From an uncultured Actinomycetota bacterium (GTDB lineage Bacteria; Actinomycetota; Actinomycetes; JAHEKZ01), in assembly GCA_963743915.1 (NCBI GenBank), contig CAVURN010000001.1:128001-192000 (forward strand): 64,000 bases of DNA, given 5' to 3'. Of this stretch, positions 55,250 through 64,000 are shown one piece after another. Numbering within the stretch: the first letter of the stretch is position 1; every line of letters begins with the position of its first letter. The notes under the pieces were generated by a model. The model saw only the letters and a list, made by a program, of their open reading frames with translations. It was not told where the DNA came from and searched no databases. Position numbers and translations under genes: made by a program.

Positions 55250-55948
55250 ATGGCGCGGGCTGACAAGACAGCCGCCGTTGCGGACCTCGCGGACCAGTTC
55301 CGTGGCTCTGCGGGCGCCGTGCTCACCGAGTACCGCGGGTTGACGGTGAAGCAGCTCAAGGAGCTGCGCACCGCGCTCGGTGGGAACGCCACGTACGCCG
55401 TGGTGAAGAACACGCTGACGAAGATCGCGGCCAAGGACGCCGGGGTCGAGGGCCTGAGCGACATGCTCGTGGGCCCGTCCGCCATCGCCTTCATCACCGG
55501 TGACCCGGTGGAGACGGCGAAGGGTCTGCGCGACTTCGCCAAGACCAACCCCCAGCTGCTCATCAAGGGTGGGGTGCTCGACGGCAACCCGTTGACGCCC
55601 GCTGAGATCGACAAGCTGGCATCGCTCGAGTCGCGCGAGGTGCTCCTCGCCAAGCTCGCCGGTGCGATGAAGGCGTCGCTGTCCGGCGCCGCTGCGCTCT
55701 TCGCCGCTCCGCTGTCGCAGACGGCACGGGTGCTGGGCGCGCTGCAGGAGAAGGCACAGCAGGACCCGTCGGTCCTCGCTGGTGGAGCCGGTACGCCGGT
55801 TCCCACCGCAGCCGAGGCACCTGTCGACGAGGACACCGCAGACCCTGCGGCCCCCGCCGACGAGGCCGAGGCACCCGTCGAGCAGGCACCGGTCGCGGAG
55901 GCGCCAGCCCCCGCTGCTGAGGCCGAGGAGACGACCCCCGAGGGCTGA
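55250..55948 (+). CDS. rplJ: 50S ribosomal protein L10 with Ala/Pro/Glu-rich C-terminal tail
   Basis: [26 protein letters not shown]. Confidence 0.97.
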   Translation: MARADKTAAVADLADQFRGSAGAVLTEYRGLTVKQLKELRTALGGNATYAVVKNTLTKIAAKDAGVEGLSDMLVGPSAIAFITGDPVETAKGLRDFAKTNPQLLIKGGVLDGNPLTPAEIDKLASLESREVLLAKLAGAMKASLSGAAALFAAPLSQTARVLGALQEKAQQDPSVLAGGAGTPVPTAAEAPVDEDTADPAAPADEAEAPVEQAPVAEAPAPAAEAEETTPEG

Positions 55949-56009
55949 CCGCCCGGTAGGAACCAATTAGAGGGCCCTTCCGGGCCACCGACATGGAAGG
56001 ACGCCGATC

Positions 56010-56402
56010 ATGGCGAAGCTGAGCACCGATGAACTGCTCGACGCGTTCAAGGAGATGACCTTGATCGAGCTGAGCGAGTTCGTGAAGCAGTTCGAGGAGA
56101 CCTTCGAGGTCACCGCCGCCGCCCCCGTCGCCGTCGCTGCCGCGCCGGCCGCCGGTGGCGCAGCCGCCGGTGGCGAGGCAGCCGCCGAGCAGGACGAGTT
56201 CGACGTCGTCCTCGAGGCAGCTGGTGACAAGAAGATCCAGGTCATCAAGGAGGTGCGGACGCTCACCAGCCTGGGCCTGAAGGAGGCCAAGGACCTGGTG
56301 GAGAGCACCCCCAAGCCGGTCCTGGAGAAGGTCACCAAGGAGGCCGCCGACAAGGCCAAGGAGGCCCTCGAGGGCGCCGGCGCCACGGTCACCCTCAAGT
56401 AG
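56010..56402 (+). CDS. rplL: 50S ribosomal protein L7/L12
   Basis: [40 protein letters not shown]. Confidence 0.98.
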   Translation: MAKLSTDELLDAFKEMTLIELSEFVKQFEETFEVTAAAPVAVAAAPAAGGAAAGGEAAAEQDEFDVVLEAAGDKKIQVIKEVRTLTSLGLKEAKDLVESTPKPVLEKVTKEAADKAKEALEGAGATVTLK

Positions 56403-56415
56403 GACCCGAGCTCGA

Positions 56416-56451
56416 CGAACGGCCCGCCTCCGCGAGGAGGCGGGCCGTTCG
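56416..56451. terminator. Probable bidirectional intrinsic terminator
   Basis: Perfect 16-bp stem CGAACGGCCCGCCTCC-GCGA-GGAGGCGGGCCGTTCG between convergent genes. Confidence 0.85.
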
Positions 56452-56461
56452 GTTGTCTGCG

Positions 56462-56824
56462 TCAGTCGTCATCGTCGTCGCCCGGACCGTCGTCATCGTC
56501 GTCGCCCGGACCGTCGTCATCGGCACCGTCGTCACCACCGGCCGTCCCGCCGGTCGCGCCCCCACCGCCGCCGGTCGCGCCCCCACCGCCGCCGGTCCCG
56601 CCATCCCTGTCGTCCTTGTCGGCACCGGGATCGTCACCCTTCTTGTCCCGGTCGTTCTTGCCGTCTCCGCCTTGGCGGTCCTCGTCATCCTTGCGATCCT
56701 CCTCAGGGACGTCGACCGAGATCGTCTCGACGGTCGTGGTGGGTGGTTCACCCGTGAGCAGCTCGACGCCGACGAAGGTCGTGACCGCCAGGACTCCCGC
56801 GACCATCAGAGCTCGCCACACCAT
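56462..56824 (-). CDS. Small exported/membrane-anchored Asp/Gly-rich low-complexity protein
   Basis: N-terminal hydrophobic segment, GAGAGGAG RBS, GGGGGAT repeats, DDDGPGDD repeats and poly-Asp C-terminus; follows the response regulator on the same strand. Confidence 0.7.
   Translation of the reverse strand: MVWRALMVAGVLAVTTFVGVELLTGEPPTTTVETISVDVPEEDRKDDEDRQGGDGKNDRDKKGDDPGADKDDRDGGTGGGGGATGGGGGATGGTAGGDDGADDDGPGDDDDDGPGDDDDD
56465..56596. repeat. Coding tandem repeats (24-bp x about 2.5 and 21-bp x about 2.3)
   Basis: gtcgtcatcgtcgtcgcccggacc and gccggtcgcgcccccaccgcc units. Confidence 0.85.
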
Positions 56825-56849
56825 GGAGTTCTCCTCTCTGCCGGGGCTG

Positions 56850-57515
56850 TCATGGCGCTACCTCGAGTCGGTAGCCCATGCCACGCACGGTGCTGATCAC
56901 GTCTGCCCCCAGCTTCCGACGCAGGTACCGCACGTAGACGTCGACCACGTTCGACTCGGGTGCGAAGTCGTAGCCCCACACGTGGCTGAGCAGCTGCTCG
57001 CGGCTGAGCACCTGACCCGGGTGTCGCATGAGCGTCTCGGTCAGCGCGAACTCGCGTGCGGTGAGCTCGACCGTCCGACCTCTGACGGATGCGCGTCGGG
57101 TGCGCAGGTCGAGAATCACCTCGCCCACCCTCAGGACGGTCATCTCGGCGGTCGGTTCCGTGCGCAGACGAGCCCGTACGCGGGCCAGTAGCTCGTCGAA
57201 CCGAAAGGGTTTGGTGACGTAGTCGTCGGCGCCACCCTCGAAGCCCGCGACGGTCTCCTCGACGGTGTCGCGTGCTGTCAGGATCACCACGGGGATCGTC
57301 TCGCCGCGTTCCCGGAGGCGGCGCAGCACCACCTGGCCGTCCATCTCCGGAAGACCCAGGTCGAGGATCATGAGGTCGAAGTCGTCCACCCGGGCCATCT
57401 CCAGGGCCTGCGTACCGGTTGTCACGACCTGGGTGGTGAAGCCGTTGGCGCGCAGACCACGCTCGAGAAACGAGGTGATCCTCTCCTCGTCCTCGGCGAT
57501 CAGGATGCGCGTCAT
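56850..57515 (-). CDS. OmpR/PhoB-family response regulator
   Basis: ILIAEDE, LDLGLP phosphoacceptor, LTAR, KPF, winged helix SNVVDVYVRYLRRKL, VRGMGY. Confidence 0.95.
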   Translation of the reverse strand: MTRILIAEDEERITSFLERGLRANGFTTQVVTTGTQALEMARVDDFDLMILDLGLPEMDGQVVLRRLRERGETIPVVILTARDTVEETVAGFEGGADDYVTKPFRFDELLARVRARLRTEPTAEMTVLRVGEVILDLRTRRASVRGRTVELTAREFALTETLMRHPGQVLSREQLLSHVWGYDFAPESNVVDVYVRYLRRKLGADVISTVRGMGYRLEVAP

Positions 57516-59017
57516 GACGTCACCTCCTGGGGCAGCTCGCGGGTCGCGTCGAGGCTGATGTCCTCGGGGACAGGTTCAGGTTCGCCGGCGGGGCGGACGG
57601 GAACGATGAGCGTGAAGCGCGCGCCCTGTCCGGGTCGGCTGTCGATCCGGACCCGCCCGCCGTGTGCGCGAGCGATCGCGCTGACGATCGCCAGGCCCAG
57701 CCCGGTCCCCTCGCGACCGGGTGCCCGGGTGTCGCGACCCCGACCGAAGCGCTCGAAGATGTGCTCCTGCTCGTCGAGGGGGATCCCAGGGCCGTCATCG
57801 CGAACCCAGAGGCGCGCCTCCTCGTCGACGACCGCGCTGCCGATGGCGATCAGGCCCCCTGGGCGGGTGTGCTGGACGGCGTTGGTCACCAGGTTCAGCC
57901 AGGCCTGAGTGAGACGCTCGGGGTCCGCCTCGATCACCGCATGGGAGACGTCGTCCACCTGACAGGTGCGGTCGGGGGCGAAGGACTCCGCACGAGACCG
58001 CATGCCGTCTGTGAGCTCGGTGAGGTCGACCGGTCCGATCCGGAGGAAGTCTGGCTTCTCGGCCTTGGCCAGCAGGATGAGCTCGGTGACGTAGCGATTC
58101 ATCCGGTCCAGCTCGTCGAGACAGAGGGCGAGCGTCTGCTCGCGTTCGACAGGGTCGTTCGGCAAGAGCTCGAGGTTGCCGCGGACGATGGTCAGGGGCG
58201 TGCGCAGCTCATGGCCGATGTCGTCGAGGAAACGACGTTGATCGGCGAACGCGTCCTCCAAGCGGTCCAGCATCGTGTTGAACGTTCGCGTGAGCTCGGC
58301 CACCTCGTCGTTCCCGGTGACGGGGATGCGTTCGGAGAGGTGCGAGTCGGAGATGTTCCGGGCCGTGGAGGTGAGACGCCGGATCGGGGCGACGACGCTG
58401 CCGACCGTCAGCCATCCGACGACCGACACGACGAGCATCATCACGCCGCTGATCAGTGCCATCAACCGCACCGCCTGGTTGATCTCGTCGAGCTCCGGTG
58501 CGAGGAAGTGCGTGGCGATGAAGGTGCCGGCAACTCGGTCCCGCTCGGTCAGGGGAACGGCGAGCCAACGCACGGGACCCGCCTGGGTGTCGATCTCACC
58601 GAACGCCGGCTCGGTCAGGGCCGCCCACTCGGCCACGAGCTCGGGCTGGTCGAGCAAATCGATCGGCGCGCCGCGGTCGGAGCCGTAGGGCTGCCCGTCG
58701 ACGAGGAAGAAGGATCCTTCGGTCGCCTCCGGGACATCCCCGGCGATGAAGTCGTCGAACATGGCCGGAAGGTCGGCTCCGTACGACTCCCCGGTCCGAG
58801 GGTTCGTTCCACCCGCGAACAGGGCCAGCTCGTCCGCCTCCTGGGTGAGGCTGGCATTGACCGACTCCTCCAGGCCGACCATCAGGAACTGTCGCAACGC
58901 CAGGACTGCCACAACCAGGGAGATCGCCAGCAACCCCAGGTACCAGAGCACCACCCGGGCGCGCAGGCCCGCAAAGCGGGAGGACAGGGCCGACGTCATG
59001 GTGTCAGCATCCGGCAC
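57512..59017 (-). CDS. Sensor histidine kinase (2 TM, extracytoplasmic sensor, HAMP, HisKA, HATPase)
   Basis: GHELRTPL H-box, NLVTNA, DDGPGI, IFERF, GTGLGL. Confidence 0.95.
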   Translation of the reverse strand: MPDADTMTSALSSRFAGLRARVVLWYLGLLAISLVVAVLALRQFLMVGLEESVNASLTQEADELALFAGGTNPRTGESYGADLPAMFDDFIAGDVPEATEGSFFLVDGQPYGSDRGAPIDLLDQPELVAEWAALTEPAFGEIDTQAGPVRWLAVPLTERDRVAGTFIATHFLAPELDEINQAVRLMALISGVMMLVVSVVGWLTVGSVVAPIRRLTSTARNISDSHLSERIPVTGNDEVAELTRTFNTMLDRLEDAFADQRRFLDDIGHELRTPLTIVRGNLELLPNDPVEREQTLALCLDELDRMNRYVTELILLAKAEKPDFLRIGPVDLTELTDGMRSRAESFAPDRTCQVDDVSHAVIEADPERLTQAWLNLVTNAVQHTRPGGLIAIGSAVVDEEARLWVRDDGPGIPLDEQEHIFERFGRGRDTRAPGREGTGLGLAIVSAIARAHGGRVRIDSRPGQGARFTLIVPVRPAGEPEPVPEDISLDATRELPQEVTS

Positions 59018-59033
59018 CTGGGCTCCGATCTCG

Positions 59034-59096
59034 ATGAGAGCGCCATGAGGGATCTCTCATGAAAGCACTCTCACGGGGAACTCACGAATCCTTCAG
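59034..59096. promoter_or_regulatory. 11-bp-periodic direct repeats in the divergent promoter, probable OmpR-family binding sites
   Basis: ATGAG at 59034 and 59045; CTCAT at 59056; CTCAC/CTCAC/TTCAG at 59070, 59081, 59092. Confidence 0.65.
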
Positions 59097-59166
59097 GGCC
59101 GGCCGTGACGGTGGGAGGACGAACGGCACGCACCCTGCGGGCCGACGAACACCCCAAGGAGAAGTC

Positions 59167-59565
59167 ATGGGACGCATCTACCGGGCTCTGATCGCCGCCT
59201 TCGCGGTGCTCTTCGGCCTCGGCCTCGCACTGACGTCGGCGTCGGCCGCCAGCGCCGGTGAGGACGCCAAGCGCGAGGACGACGTCCGCGAGGTCGCCAC
59301 CGTCGAGTACGACGATGACGACGACGACAGCAACACGGGCAACACCAGTGTTGGTAGCCGGACCGGCAGCAACACCGTCAACAGCAACGACCGTTCCGGT
59401 GACAGCAACGACGGGACCAACAGCCGCAAGACGGGCGTGAGCCGCGACAAGGACCGCAGTCGCGGCGACCTGACCAAGGACTGGACGCGGGACGGTGCCG
59501 GTGACCGCACGCGCGACTGGTCGCAGAACCGCACCAACGACAAGTCCCGCAACGACACCCGCTGA
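59167..59565 (+). CDS. Secreted Asp/Ser/Thr/Asn/Arg-rich repeat protein
   Basis: AAGGAG RBS, signal peptide with ASA site, DDDDDD tract, C-terminal repeats DLTKDWTRD / DRTRDWSQN / NRTNDKSRN. Confidence 0.75.
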   Translation: MGRIYRALIAAFAVLFGLGLALTSASAASAGEDAKREDDVREVATVEYDDDDDDSNTGNTSVGSRTGSNTVNSNDRSGDSNDGTNSRKTGVSRDKDRSRGDLTKDWTRDGAGDRTRDWSQNRTNDKSRNDTR

Positions 59566-59585
59566 CGGGCTGAGGACGGTTGACC

Positions 59586-60467
59586 ATGGGAAGCTCATGG
59601 CTCGTGGGTGCCGGGGACGAGGTCGTCCCCGGCATCCGGGCCGAGCGCAAGCTCGGCGGTGGGGAGCGGTATGAGGCCTACCTCGGCTGGCACGAGCGGA
59701 TGTTCGCGCCCGTCGTCGTCAAGGTCGTGCGTCCGGACCTGGTGGACGACTCGGCGACGATGCGCGGCCTCCGGCGTGAGGTCGAGATGCTGCAGCGCCT
59801 GTCACACCCGGTGATCGTCCGCTCCTTCGACGCCGATCTTGAGGGGGAGCGACCGCACGTCGTCCTCGAGCATCTGGACGGCCCTCGGCTCTCCTCGCTG
59901 CTGCGCCGGTTCGGCCCACTGTCGATGGAGCAGCTGCTGCCTCTGGGACTCGAGCTGTGCTCGGCTCTCCACTACCTGTCCACCGAGCGGGTCGTCCACC
60001 TCGACGTCAAGCCGAGCAACATCATCATGGGGGCGCCGCCTCGGCTGATCGACCTCAGCATCGCGCGGTCGCTGGACGCAGCCGCCCGGCTCGACCATGT
60101 GACGGGAACCGACGCCTACCTCGCGCCGGAGCAGGCGGACCCGCCCCGCAGCGGCCGCCCCGGATCTCCTGCAGACATCTTCGGGCTGGGGGTGACCTTG
60201 TACGAGGGGCTCACGGGTGAGCGACCCTTCCGAAAGGGTTCACGCCACAAGGCCGCAGCCCCCGAGGACACCTGGCCCCAGCTGGTCGAGGCACCAGCAC
60301 CCCTGCCGGGGGACATCCCGGAGTTCGTGGCCTCCCCGATCCTCGCCTGCCTGGACCCCGAACCCTCGGGCCGACCGACCGCCGCCGAGCTGGCCGACCG
60401 ACTCCAGCCGCTGGTCGAGGCCCTGCCCCGACCCGTCCTGGGCGGGCTCCGGGCCAAGCTGCGCTGA
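59586..60467 (+). CDS. Soluble Hanks-type Ser/Thr protein kinase
   Basis: LGGGERYEAY Gly-rich loop, VVVK, E of helix C, HLDVKPSN, IDLS in place of DFG, GTDAYLAPE, DIFGLG; no TM or PASTA. Confidence 0.9.
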   Translation: MGSSWLVGAGDEVVPGIRAERKLGGGERYEAYLGWHERMFAPVVVKVVRPDLVDDSATMRGLRREVEMLQRLSHPVIVRSFDADLEGERPHVVLEHLDGPRLSSLLRRFGPLSMEQLLPLGLELCSALHYLSTERVVHLDVKPSNIIMGAPPRLIDLSIARSLDAAARLDHVTGTDAYLAPEQADPPRSGRPGSPADIFGLGVTLYEGLTGERPFRKGSRHKAAAPEDTWPQLVEAPAPLPGDIPEFVASPILACLDPEPSGRPTAAELADRLQPLVEALPRPVLGGLRAKLR

Positions 60468-60522
60468 GCACGTGTCGCCCCGGCCCGCAGGGTGCAAACA
60501 GGTCACAAGAGCCCGGATGTGC

Positions 60523-60660
60523 TTGACGCGCCTGGGGTCTGCCCCGCATAGTCATCGCCAGCGTTTCACCCGCGGGTCCCCCGCAGGTGGCGTCTGAAGG
60601 AGGCGCGACTGGACAGCCGCGGCCGCATGCCGCTACGCTGTCGCTTTGCGCTGCCCTGAC
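60523..60660 (+). promoter_or_regulatory. rpoB promoter region (two candidate promoters)
   Basis: TTGACG-N18-CATAGT (60523-60552) and TGGACA-N18-TACGCT (60610-60639), followed by TTTGCGCTGCC. Confidence 0.55.
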
Positions 60661-60803
60661 CCCTCGTCTGCGTGCCCTGAGCCAAGTCCGCGCGTGCCCG
60701 GAGCCTGCCCGTCCTCCGGTTCGCACCGCGGTGCCCAGCGGCGCGCTCGGCTCCCGGGGTCCGACCGGCCGCGCTGCGGTAGTCGAGCCCGGAAGGACGC
60801 CTC

Positions 60804-64000
<3,197 letters not shown>

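Noticed and set aside
59167-60467. Repeat protein plus kinase as a class III/IV lanthipeptide system
   Set aside because: The putative precursor has no Cys and has a signal peptide; the kinase lacks lyase and cyclase domains; no transporter or protease nearby

Overview
High-GC actinobacterial chromosome segment, probably an error-prone long-read assembly: single-base indels break many genes, including the conserved ribosomal gene rplK. Left half (respiration): CtpF-like P-type ATPase, menaquinone genes (menF, menG, menJ-like reductase, polyprenyl synthase) bracketing a complete 14-subunit nuoA-N operon with a Rex-type operator, then korAB back-to-back with a second, headless nuo cluster (A,B,C,H,I,J,K,L,M,N; no D/E/F/G). 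Right half: the conserved htpX-yajQ-tRNA(Tyr,Thr,Met)-rpmG-MaoC pair-murB-add-aspC-tRNA-Trp-secE-nusG-rplKAJL-rpoB backbone with several accessory modules. The most interesting module is an sqr-DUF1641-tusE-dsrE2 sulfur operon whose promoter has both a DosR/DevR-type box and a CsoR/CstR-type operator. Next is a cassette between rplL and rpoB: a two-component system, two Asp-rich exported proteins and a soluble Ser/Thr kinase, with 11-bp-periodic operator repeats. There is also a LAL (ATPase-LuxR) regulator divergent from a secreted calycin-like protein. No CRISPR array, integrase or transposase was seen. All family assignments come from motif recognition by eye; no database searches were run.
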